Sequence record: PV467749.1
Length of the DNA: 64,000 nucleotides
Origin: a phage
Direction: 5' to 3' (one strand)
Of this stretch, positions 27,993 to 35,831 are shown in pieces. Each line of letters starts with the position of its first letter. Position 1 is the first letter of the stretch. The notes under the pieces were generated by a model, which saw only the letters and a list, made by a program, of their open reading frames with translations, had not been told where the DNA came from and did not search any database. The position numbers and the translations under genes are program-made.

Positions 27993-28258
27993 ATATTCAC
28001 CAAATCAACAGAGAATAAGTCGTTATCAAATTTATATGAAAGTACTAATCTACCACCAAAACTATCGACTCTAAGTATCTTTCGTTTTTTTCCATTAATG
28101 AAAATTTCAGTATTAACAAAATACTCACGTAATTCTTCTAGGTAATTTGACCATAATTTATGAGTAAACGCATTTTTATTAATTGTATTAGTACTTCTAT
28201 TATTGTGGTGTAATTTAAATAATTCCATATAAGTGAATTGTATATGTTTGTAATTCAT
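27989..28258 (-). CDS. family B small protein
   Basis: 89 aa, MNYKHIQFTYMELFKLH... Confidence 0.6.
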   Translation of the reverse strand: MNYKHIQFTYMELFKLHHNNRSTNTINKNAFTHKLWSNYLEELREYFVNTEIFINGKKRKILRVDSFGGRLVLSYKFDNDLFSVDLVNI

Positions 28259-28269
28259 ATTTCCCCTTA

Positions 28270-28297
28270 CAAAAAAAGCCCGAACTTATGTCGGGCT
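28270..28297 (-). terminator. intrinsic terminator
   Basis: AGCCCGA-N7-TCGGGCT followed on the minus strand by TTTTTTT; after the stop of the acidic-protein gene. Confidence 0.8.
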
Positions 28298-28304
28298 ATA
28301 TGTA

Positions 28305-28919
28305 TTATTCATCGTCATCATCGTCGTCGAGATCTAGGTAAATGTCACCATCACCATCATCGAAGTACTCAACCACTACACCAGGAATGTTCAGTGCTGT
28401 AAACATCGCATCATATTTTTCATCAGATGGGATAAGAACAAACTCATCAATGCTTTGAATTTCAGGCATACGATCTTCAGGAATACCCATTTGCAACAAG
28501 GATTGGATGATTTTTTCCTTGTATTCTTGGAACTTCTCTTCTGATTCGAAATCCATAATAAGTTGTGCTACATAACCATCTTCGTTACCAAATGCGATTG
28601 ACATTTGTGCATCAGTACCGACATATGACCATGTACGCTTGCCAGTATTTTTCTCAATGAAGTTCTGAATTTCAAGAACGATTTCATGACGAGAACTATT
28701 GGCAATGTTGTTAAGGTTAGCAACACCAGCAATAATTTCTGAACTATCATTGGATTCTTCGAATGTACCATAGTCACCTAATACATATTGAACACCATCA
28801 CAATGTAATGCATATGCATAATCCAAATCAGCAAGTGAATCACACTTACCACGGATTGGGCGTAGGGAAAGCCCTAGGCGAAGATAACGAAAGTATGTAT
28901 TAGTATTTGTATTTGTCAA
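28305..28919 (-). CDS. strongly acidic protein with poly-Asp C-terminus
   Basis: Track ORF 28305..28964 starts at a TTG; TTG 28919 has GGAG 7 nt upstream (204 aa). Ends DGDGDIYLDLDDDDDDE. Confidence 0.55.
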   Translation of the reverse strand: MTNTNTNTYFRYLRLGLSLRPIRGKCDSLADLDYAYALHCDGVQYVLGDYGTFEESNDSSEIIAGVANLNNIANSSRHEIVLEIQNFIEKNTGKRTWSYVGTDAQMSIAFGNEDGYVAQLIMDFESEEKFQEYKEKIIQSLLQMGIPEDRMPEIQSIDEFVLIPSDEKYDAMFTALNIPGVVVEYFDDGDGDIYLDLDDDDDDE

Positions 28920-29187
28920 CGTAATGCTCCTTAACAATATAAAAGTAGTTGCTGTTGTTGTCAAAAAAGATGACTAATCCTTTGTAGACATTTACACCAA
29001 TCTTGATTTGGCATATTTTATTCGATTTACAAGCCTCAGTCAATAACATTTTGTGCTCTTTACTGAAAGTGTGGAAGAGTGGTTTTACATGCCACATCTC
29101 CACACCATCGAGTACTGGAAAATGTTCACTGAATTTGATCATTGATTCTTGTAAAAAATAACCTGTTAGATTCGAATCATCAGACAT
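28900..29187 (-). CDS. hypothetical protein
   Basis: Start moved to ATG 29187 (8-nt overlap with the upstream stop), 95 aa. Confidence 0.55.
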   Translation of the reverse strand: MSDDSNLTGYFLQESMIKFSEHFPVLDGVEMWHVKPLFHTFSKEHKMLLTEACKSNKICQIKIGVNVYKGLVIFFDNNSNYFYIVKEHYVDKYKY

Positions 29188-29473
29188 GTAAGTTCGCCAG
29201 GAAGTCAATTACTTCGTCATGTGTTAACTTATCACTACGCTCTAGAACATTGATGATGAATGGTGTTTGACTATATAATTCAGCCAGAAAAGCAACTTCA
29301 TCAGATGTATAAGAATATCCCATAGGAACAACTTGTGCAGTCCAGTTTCCTAAAGTTTTGTTTGCAATGATTGCAACCACCGTATTACCTTTGAATTCAA
29401 CATGGATTGAACGGAAACCCGAATCCTCATTCTGATCCCAAAGTACTGGGTTAGTTTTGAACAGTACTGACAT
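29180..29473 (-). CDS. hypothetical protein
   Basis: 97-aa ORF. Confidence 0.6.
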   Translation of the reverse strand: MSVLFKTNPVLWDQNEDSGFRSIHVEFKGNTVVAIIANKTLGNWTAQVVPMGYSYTSDEVAFLAELYSQTPFIINVLERSDKLTHDEVIDFLANLHV

Positions 29474-29475
29474 AG

Positions 29476-30009
29476 TTATTTCCTCATGTATTTTATTACA
29501 TCTTCAAATAGTTTAGTTTTCAGTGCATCATCATTACCAGGTAGAAAAGTACTGAAGCTATTAAAATCTTCATTCTTGGCAAACTCACGCATCTGTGTGG
29601 AACTGTAGCGACTTACATTTCGGTCAATTCCAGCTTGAACTGCCTTGATTGAACAAAAATTATATAACTTCCCATTGTACGTGTCAAGTGTTTTTTGGAA
29701 TGGTTCAAGTCTGTCTGAACCACATATGAAAAGAACATCTAAGTACTTTCCATCCAGTTCTCTCATTATATCAAACAGATTATCTTCTGTATAGATATTT
29801 TCTTGTACAGATGGGTAAAATCCTTCTGTATAGTACATTTTCAGTTCAGGAGGTAATGGGTTTTTGACGGCATCAGTACTGGTACTAAGGAATATTTTCA
29901 AATCAGCATTGTACTGTTCTTGTAGTGCTTGAGCTTTTTCAAACACTAAACCATGACCTCGATGTATTGGGTTACATCTCATGAATGATAGTATACATGT
30001 TTCTTTCAT
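29476..30009 (-). CDS. HxGH-superfamily nucleotidyltransferase (NMN/NaMN adenylyltransferase-like)
   Basis: 177 aa; N-terminal NPIHRGH (HxGH-type) and C-terminal SSTQMRE (ISSTxxR-type) motifs. Confidence 0.6.
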   Translation of the reverse strand: MKETCILSFMRCNPIHRGHGLVFEKAQALQEQYNADLKIFLSTSTDAVKNPLPPELKMYYTEGFYPSVQENIYTEDNLFDIMRELDGKYLDVLFICGSDRLEPFQKTLDTYNGKLYNFCSIKAVQAGIDRNVSRYSSTQMREFAKNEDFNSFSTFLPGNDDALKTKLFEDVIKYMRK

Positions 30010-30530
30010 ATGTTCTTCATCACCTGACCAATAGATTTAAGATAGTTGATTTTAGCTGGAGTCAAATACTTATCCAGTACTATTAAACAACTAGGGAATG
30101 GTGCACTGTCCGTCTTTTTATCTGGTTCTTCAGGGATACCGAACTTTAAGCGACCTTTTATAAAACAAATACAGTCGCATTCTTTTGATGCATAGTTCTG
30201 AAACGCAACCGTATCGGTACGTGAAGGTACAAGTATCAGTACTGTAGCACCTTTGTTGTATGCATCAACTGCCTTAGATAACCACGTTTTCAAATCACTG
30301 TACGGTGGGTTGAGCCACACGATATTGTTTCCCCAGTCCTGTTCAAGTGAATTGTCTTCTGGTGTAAAGAACTTATCACACAATGCAGTTTCTTTAACAC
30401 AAGCTGCATCTAGTGTAAATTCCCAGAGTTCATCCAAATCTTCAAAGAAATCCTTTGGAGTAGTCCAGTTATCTTTTCCAGTACTGAAATGTACTGATTG
30501 TTTTTTCTTCGAAGCATCCTTCTTCGACAT
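30006..30530 (-). CDS. phage-type DNA N6-adenine methyltransferase
   Basis: 174 aa; catalytic NPPYS; N-terminal WTTPKDFFEDLDELWEFTLDAAC typical of the phage N6A-MTase family. Confidence 0.85.
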   Translation of the reverse strand: MSKKDASKKKQSVHFSTGKDNWTTPKDFFEDLDELWEFTLDAACVKETALCDKFFTPEDNSLEQDWGNNIVWLNPPYSDLKTWLSKAVDAYNKGATVLILVPSRTDTVAFQNYASKECDCICFIKGRLKFGIPEEPDKKTDSAPFPSCLIVLDKYLTPAKINYLKSIGQVMKNI

Positions 30531-30546
30531 ACATAATTTCCTTTGA

Positions 30547-31092
30547 TTATAGACAGTTAAGTACTATGTCATCAAAAGTACTACTGTCAATGTTGTATTC
30601 ATATAAAAATTTAAAATGTGATCCATAACGCATCATCAGATTAAACTCTTCTTCAGTATTAAATTTGTAATCATGAAGAGTTTCAAGGGTACATGTTAAA
30701 CCTAAAAACTCAATAATTTCTGATGTTACATCATTTCCTGAATTGAAGTATTTAACCCAAACACATTTTCCTTGTGGGTTGAATTTTCTATATTCTCCTT
30801 CTAGTTCTCCATTGACGATATGTGCTTTCGCACTGATTAGATTATTACTATAACGCTCTTCGTAGTAGTTCCCATAACGAGCTTTAAGAATTGTAGGCTT
30901 CTTGGTTGGGAATAACTTAATGGAAGTTAATTCAAAACCGCACTGCAACTCTTTGATGTACGAAATACATCCCTTTTCTTTAATCACAACAAAACCAGTA
31001 AAATTCTCTTGGTCTTGGTTCTGATTGTCTGAATCAACAAATTCTAGTGTTTTATAAGTGACGCTTTTAGATTTTTTAATAAATGACATCAT
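30547..31092 (-). CDS. hypothetical protein (possible MORN/YwqK-like repeats)
   Basis: Track start is GTG 31143; ATG 31092 has an AGGA RBS (181 aa). NGELEGEYRKFNPQGKCVWVKYFNSG resembles MORN-variant repeats. Confidence 0.5.
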   Translation of the reverse strand: MMSFIKKSKSVTYKTLEFVDSDNQNQDQENFTGFVVIKEKGCISYIKELQCGFELTSIKLFPTKKPTILKARYGNYYEERYSNNLISAKAHIVNGELEGEYRKFNPQGKCVWVKYFNSGNDVTSEIIEFLGLTCTLETLHDYKFNTEEEFNLMMRYGSHFKFLYEYNIDSSTFDDIVLNCL

Positions 31093-31156
31093 TATTCCTA
31101 TGGAAACATCAATGACTGTACATGGCGTTGACTTCATCAACACCAGTCGAATTATA

Positions 31157-31741
31157 CACGCTTCGCATGTCTAATTCGACGAAAGTACTATGATTTGTTT
31201 TAATTAATATTGACGGGGTTTGCTTGAGCATATTTCATCCCCCCGCAGGGGAAAGAACAAAAAAAGTTTGACGCTGGTGGCCTTCACATAGTTCATATCA
31301 CGAATTCTCTTACGAGGCGAAAGCGGGTTGCTCTGTTTCTCTCTATCGCGGTTCTTGTAGCAACGGTCGTCGGTCTTAAACATCCCGACACATAATACAA
31401 ATACCATATGACCAGTACTTGTATTTGATTTCACGAATTTTGGACGCAACTATATTGTATAAATTACGACCGCAAATTTCTCATGAAATCTCCCTTAGAT
31501 AATTGGTAAGGTGCGATCCTTATATGTCTATCGAGGAACTCTCTTTATCCTATTGGAGTTCTTTATACAGCCGCATTGCCGTGAGTGGTTCAAACTATGC
31601 CATCATCTAACGGGTTTCATTTGCTGTTCGTACTGAAAGGACTACTCATCTACCCTCTACTTTTCGAGTGGATTAGGCTTTAATCATTTCCATATGGAAC
31701 CTTTCAGGATTAAAAAAAGGCGACAACATATTCTGCTGTCA
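31157..31741 (-). ncRNA. candidate structured noncoding RNA or cis-acting element (family not recognised)
   Basis: About 600 nt with no credible ORF; visibly higher GC than its surroundings; own promoter upstream; several complementary segments and a 12-nt palindrome; 3' end undefined. Confidence 0.35.
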
Positions 31742-31743
31742 CC
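31712..31743 (-). terminator. intrinsic terminator
   Basis: Minus strand GGTGACAGC-AGAATAT-GTTGTCGCC (two G-U pairs, which form only in the minus-strand transcript) followed by TTTTTTT. Confidence 0.75.
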
Positions 31744-31747
31744 TTAC

Positions 31748-31775
31748 ATTATATCATAAACTTATGGTATGTCTC
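31748..31775 (-). promoter_or_regulatory. sigma70-like promoter with extended -10
   Basis: Minus strand GAGACA-N16-TATAAT with TGA; -35 overlaps the TGA stop of 31774..32622; sits directly upstream of the terminator hairpin. Confidence 0.5.
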
Positions 31776-32622
31776 AGTTGTATTCTGTTTTTTCAGTGAA
31801 ATTAGTTAAGATATCTGCACTTAAGCTTCTCATAACCTCAATCTTACTTGGCATGAACCTGTGCTTGTTTTTTACATACAACTCATCATCTTCAATGAAA
31901 GATGTGAACATGAATACCATATCTTCACGTGGAATTGAGAGAATATTACAGTTTTCATTTTCAGCAACAGGGGAATCATTGTAGTACTTAGAGAATGCAG
32001 TACTTTGACGACCGATTATGATAGAATTTCGGATTAGAAAATTACTACAGTACTGAAAATCTTTGTAGTACTTGTCAAGGATATATGGCATTATCGCTTC
32101 TTTCACTTCTTCATATCCATTTGAACTATCAATTGCAGTACAATAATCTTCTCGGTCTTTATTCCCTCGATGATTATCAAACTCGTACTCAAAGAATAAA
32201 TTTTCATTTAATGAATTATTTGAACCAACTGATCCACTATAGTATGATTTTCTATCATTCATTCGATCATCGGGGCATGATGCATACATAGAAATGTCAT
32301 GTGTTGACGTACCGATATAAATTTTCTTAGTAATGTGATTGTACGCGATGTAATCATAATCTTGTACTCCAGTGAGCATTAACTGGAACATCAATTCATC
32401 AGGAACATCAATCAACGGGTACTCAAACTTCGAATATCTACTACGACAGAAATTCTTTTCAAATGCTCGATATGCGATGAAATCTTTTAGGTTTGTAATA
32501 GATTCATGCTCATGTGTATTACTGGTGCGTACATTGACATTAGTAGACGAGCAATACCCTTCAGATTCTTCTGTGTAGTCATAATAACCCTTACTGTAGT
32601 CAACGATTAGATAAAGTTTCAT
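31774..32622 (-). CDS. hypothetical protein
   Basis: 282-aa ORF. Confidence 0.7.
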   Translation of the reverse strand: MKLYLIVDYSKGYYDYTEESEGYCSSTNVNVRTSNTHEHESITNLKDFIAYRAFEKNFCRSRYSKFEYPLIDVPDELMFQLMLTGVQDYDYIAYNHITKKIYIGTSTHDISMYASCPDDRMNDRKSYYSGSVGSNNSLNENLFFEYEFDNHRGNKDREDYCTAIDSSNGYEEVKEAIMPYILDKYYKDFQYCSNFLIRNSIIIGRQSTAFSKYYNDSPVAENENCNILSIPREDMVFMFTSFIEDDELYVKNKHRFMPSKIEVMRSLSADILTNFTEKTEYN

Positions 32623-32632
32623 ATATCTCCAG

Positions 32633-32665
32633 ACAAAAAAAGGACGAGATATTATATCCCGTCCT
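32633..32665 (-). terminator. intrinsic terminator
   Basis: Long stem AGGACG-A-GATAT...ATATC-C-CGTCCT followed on the minus strand by TTTTTTT; after the stop of 32674..32979. Confidence 0.75.
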
Positions 32666-32673
32666 TTGGTTTA

Positions 32674-32979
32674 TTAGTGGCTTGCCCAGCAGTAAACAGG
32701 ACGTAGATTTTCCATTGGGTTTACTTCAGGCTTCAGTACTGTAACACGAACTTCATACGGAGTACCATCTGCATGATGGAACGTTTCGTAATGAATACTC
32801 TCAATGAAGGTTTCATATTCTTCTTGAGAACGAGCACGAACTGATGGGGAATATTTCTTTTTGGTATCTGATTTTAGTGTAACACTTACTAGTTCTGATT
32901 CTTCACCATTTTCAAGTTTATTGAAATCGAACTCTGGTACACCTTCAAACATATCAAATTTCATTCCGTTGTCTTCCAT
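32674..32979 (-). CDS. hypothetical protein
   Basis: 101-aa ORF. Confidence 0.65.
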   Translation of the reverse strand: MEDNGMKFDMFEGVPEFDFNKLENGEESELVSVTLKSDTKKKYSPSVRARSQEEYETFIESIHYETFHHADGTPYEVRVTVLKPEVNPMENLRPVYCWASH

Positions 32980-33030
32980 TTTAAATTCCTTTTTATATAA
33001 TGTTAGTTAGATAGTTTTTAATAAATCAGA

Positions 33031-33417
33031 TTAGATTACGTCATACGGTAGAGTACCGTGACGGAATTTATCAAGTTGTGCAAGAACTTCTTTACGTTCG
33101 ACAATCTCTGGCACATCTTCTTGCAGTTGGTCACATACTTCAACGATGAAATCCCAATCGCTCTCACAACTCACACGTACTGCTTCAATTGTTTTCCAAT
33201 CAGCACTAATTTCACCTTCAGGATTTACATACGAAGGCCATACCTTTCCATAGTCTTGTACTGATTTGTCGTTAAGAACACGAATAGCATTGAAAATCTG
33301 TCCAGTACTGAAGTGTTTAGTATTCTTCATGTCTTCTAAGCAACATAGCTTAGGTTCACCCTGGACTTCAATCAGAAGTACACCACCAATAGCTTTTAGA
33401 ACAGAACTTGTATTCAT
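33031..33417 (-). CDS. hypothetical protein
   Basis: 128-aa ORF downstream of a promoter. Confidence 0.65.
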   Translation of the reverse strand: MNTSSVLKAIGGVLLIEVQGEPKLCCLEDMKNTKHFSTGQIFNAIRVLNDKSVQDYGKVWPSYVNPEGEISADWKTIEAVRVSCESDWDFIVEVCDQLQEDVPEIVERKEVLAQLDKFRHGTLPYDVI

Positions 33418-33450
33418 CTATATCTCCATTTATCAAAAAAAGATGTGAAC

Positions 33451-33479
33451 ATTATATCACAAGGAATTGTCATGTCCAC
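33451..33479 (-). promoter_or_regulatory. sigma70-like promoter with extended -10
   Basis: Minus strand TGGACA-N17-TATAAT with TGA. Confidence 0.55.
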
Positions 33480-33488
33480 AATATTTTA

Positions 33489-33782
33489 TCAAATAGTCAA
33501 ACTTTCGTGCCAGTTATTGAAATCGTTAATAGCCAGCATAAACATATTCTCATCATTAAATTCTAGAATATGTTCATTGTATAAGTAGCTAATGTACTTA
33601 TTACTACAGTGTTTGCTATTCATAATTAGCATTTCAACTGCACGTTCATACGAACATGGGCTGAGATACAATTTTGTTCCATCAGGATGCTCAATCTCCA
33701 CAGCACCAGGTGGAATAAAACGTTCACCAGTATAAGGGATATACGGCTCTGTTTTGAAAATAAGTTTGAATTTAGTATCCAT
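33489..33782 (-). CDS. hypothetical protein
   Basis: 97-aa ORF. Confidence 0.6.
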   Translation of the reverse strand: MDTKFKLIFKTEPYIPYTGERFIPPGAVEIEHPDGTKLYLSPCSYERAVEMLIMNSKHCSNKYISYLYNEHILEFNDENMFMLAINDFNNWHESLTI

Positions 33783-33798
33783 ACCAAATCCTCCATAA

Positions 33799-34647
33799 TT
33801 ACATTGTTTCTTTTATGTTGCGTAACATAGTATTAACTATGTTCATCTTCCCGCCCAACTTGAAGTAATATTCCAATTTATTAATAATATTACTTTTTAA
33901 TATCTCAAATATTTGATATTCATTTGTTTTGAAACTAAGTTCGAATTGGAAAGTATATAAATTGTTGAATAGATGTACCAACGATGCATCAGGTGATTCC
34001 ATTGTAAATGTGTAGTTGGCACGATAACCAGTACTAATCACTACATCCGATGTTTCACCATTCATTGATATGTCAATATTATACATCATTGGGCGACCAG
34101 TTGCAATATCTTTCATTCGGAAGAATGCAGTACTACGATACACAACACCATCTTCGGTAACCTGTTCTTGTATAGTGATATTTGAAACTTCACTCTCTTT
34201 GAATTTGGATTCGAATGAATGAATACGATTTGATTTTTCATCATCCGTATACATAGTGCATGTATATTTTCCAAAATCATCTCTAGATGTATAAGATTTA
34301 TCACTGGCGGTTTTATAAAACGAAACTCCATTGATGTGTTCTTCTTTGTACATCATAGTGTCATTGGATTTGTAGTATGAACAATTAGGTGTTGAAAGAG
34401 ATTCAAAATTGTTCACATCATGACAGTAAGAAATAGAAGAATCGCTATACAGTACAACATCACGAATTGCAACTTCTTTTGAAGTACCTTTTTTGACAGA
34501 AATTTGAAAGTCATTGCATGGGAAGATTCTATATCCATCGTATGTATCTGATGTACTGATGCCAAATGGTGTTGGGGAATTCAGAAATTCGTTGATATGT
34601 TCAAGTACTGAATACTTTTTGAAATTACGAAAATCTGTGATATCCAT
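33799..34647 (-). CDS. hypothetical protein
   Basis: 282-aa ORF. Confidence 0.7.
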   Translation of the reverse strand: MDITDFRNFKKYSVLEHINEFLNSPTPFGISTSDTYDGYRIFPCNDFQISVKKGTSKEVAIRDVVLYSDSSISYCHDVNNFESLSTPNCSYYKSNDTMMYKEEHINGVSFYKTASDKSYTSRDDFGKYTCTMYTDDEKSNRIHSFESKFKESEVSNITIQEQVTEDGVVYRSTAFFRMKDIATGRPMMYNIDISMNGETSDVVISTGYRANYTFTMESPDASLVHLFNNLYTFQFELSFKTNEYQIFEILKSNIINKLEYYFKLGGKMNIVNTMLRNIKETM

Positions 34648-34673
34648 CGTAATACAATCTCCTAAATTTCGGA

Positions 34674-34703
34674 CAAAAAATTAGTCGAGAATAAATCTCG
34701 ACT
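34674..34703 (-). terminator. intrinsic terminator
   Basis: AGTCGAGA-ATAAA-TCTCGACT followed on the minus strand by AATTTTTT; overlaps the stop of the small CDS. Confidence 0.65.
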
Positions 34704-34812
34704 TGTGTTTTACTTTACCATTCTTCATTGCTTTTTTACGGTCCACATGTGTTTGAGGTTTATTAAACTCATTCATATGCTTTTGTACAAAGTTGTTTAC
34801 ATTTTTAGCCAT
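34681..34812 (-). CDS. small Lys-rich basic protein (43 aa), below the ORF-track cutoff
   Basis: MAKNVNNFVQKHMNEFNKPQTHVDRKKAMKNGKVKHKSRFILD; fills the gap between flanking genes. Confidence 0.45.
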   Translation of the reverse strand: MAKNVNNFVQKHMNEFNKPQTHVDRKKAMKNGKVKHKSRFILD

Positions 34813-34814
34813 AC

Positions 34815-35288
34815 TTACTCCAAATCGGGATCTTTAACTGTTAGGCTTTCAATATCACTTGCGTAAAGAACTACATTAGTTTGTGTCTCTGATACTTTAA
34901 AATCATGATAACTATCTTTCACTTTAAAATTATCCAAAATAAACCCTTTACTACAACACATCATGATTTTATCATCTTTGATAGTGTATGTATTCTTTTT
35001 CTTACGTACTTCAGATTGTGGGGTAATATTATCATTGTTACGAATAACACAATCAATGTACTCGTCATTTGTACTCATAGGCATACCCATGATAAACGAA
35101 TTACTAGTACTGATTGTTAGTATAAAAACATTAGTATTTGGATTGTGAAAGAAGTCGTGCATAGTTTTACTGCATAAAAACAAGCACTGAATTATGTCCT
35201 TTACATTGAACATTATATCATGAACTTTGAATGCGTCCAACTCTAAAATGTCATCTATCTTTCCATTCTCAACAGTTTTAATCTCCAT
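34815..35288 (-). CDS. hypothetical protein
   Basis: 157-aa ORF; no FQ motif. Confidence 0.6.
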   Translation of the reverse strand: MEIKTVENGKIDDILELDAFKVHDIMFNVKDIIQCLFLCSKTMHDFFHNPNTNVFILTISTSNSFIMGMPMSTNDEYIDCVIRNNDNITPQSEVRKKKNTYTIKDDKIMMCCSKGFILDNFKVKDSYHDFKVSETQTNVVLYASDIESLTVKDPDLE

Positions 35289-35330
35289 GATCTATCCTTG
35301 ATCTTCAAAGGCACTCCATGTGCACATATA

Positions 35331-35831
35331 TTAGGTCACAGCTTTGTATTTCTCCATTGCTTCGGTGATATTCAATACTGCTTGCGGTACGTCACTTTTG
35401 TTGTATGCAATGGTTAGTTTTTCCATGTTATTGAGAAGACTTAGAAACAATGGAAGTACTTCTGCATTGTCACTGAAGTTACAATCATTGACAGTACTCA
35501 ATTGAAATAACTCACCCGCATCAACATTGAGTGTGTTGTATTCTTTAACAATGTTTTCTTCAGTATTGAAGATGTAGAATACAGTCCCCATGTGGTGTAA
35601 GTATACACCAGTTTCATTCTGAATATGACATGGGGTGATTACAATTGCTGTGTTATCAATATTATTTACTATTGTCAAACGCAGACTATGTAACCCAAAG
35701 ATTACAGTACAATCCTTTGTACTGTGTTGGATCTGGTCACTAGTAAAGGAAGACCCACTATGATTTTTAGAACCATTTAGTATTTCTTTGATAATTTTAA
35801 ATGAAATCTTCATCGAATTAGTTAAAAGCAT
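35331..35831 (-). CDS. FQ-motif family protein
   Basis: 166 aa; NVDAGELFQLSTVND, 56 aa from the C-terminus. Confidence 0.7.
   Translation of the reverse strand: MLLTNSMKISFKIIKEILNGSKNHSGSSFTSDQIQHSTKDCTVIFGLHSLRLTIVNNIDNTAIVITPCHIQNETGVYLHHMGTVFYIFNTEENIVKEYNTLNVDAGELFQLSTVNDCNFSDNAEVLPLFLSLLNNMEKLTIAYNKSDVPQAVLNITEAMEKYKAVT

Larger units (their letters stand above)
26119..28258 (-). other. tandem block of six small paralogs (family B)
   Basis: Six 86-103-aa ORFs opening with variants of [ND]-[DEH]-[IVF]-Q-[FLV]-T-[YF]-K. Confidence 0.7.

Noticed and set aside
31151-31156. TATAAT upstream of CDS 30547..31092 as a member of the promoter family
   Set aside because: The -35 region (CGAATT/TCGAAT) is poor and the TGn extension is out of register. 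A weak promoter is possible but is not supported well enough to list.
31204-31449. 81-aa ORF inside the GC-elevated island
   Set aside because: It starts at a TTG with no RBS. It uses many codons that are rare in the rest of the window (CGG, CCG, GGG, CGC), and the translation looks arbitrary. The region is treated as noncoding.
31157-31741. tRNA, tmRNA, RNase P RNA or a group I intron in the ORF-free island
   Set aside because: I found no T-arm (GTTCGAATC-like with a complementary stem) or cloverleaf on either strand, and no recognisable conserved RNase P or tmRNA elements. The flanking genes have their own stops, starts and a terminator, so the island does not interrupt a coding sequence as an intron would. 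A covariance-model scan could still overturn this.
32651-32656. TATAAT inside the 32633-32665 terminator stem as a promoter -10
   Set aside because: No GACA-type -35 lies 16-18 nt upstream, and there is no TGn extension. The match is explained by the AT-rich stem sequence.
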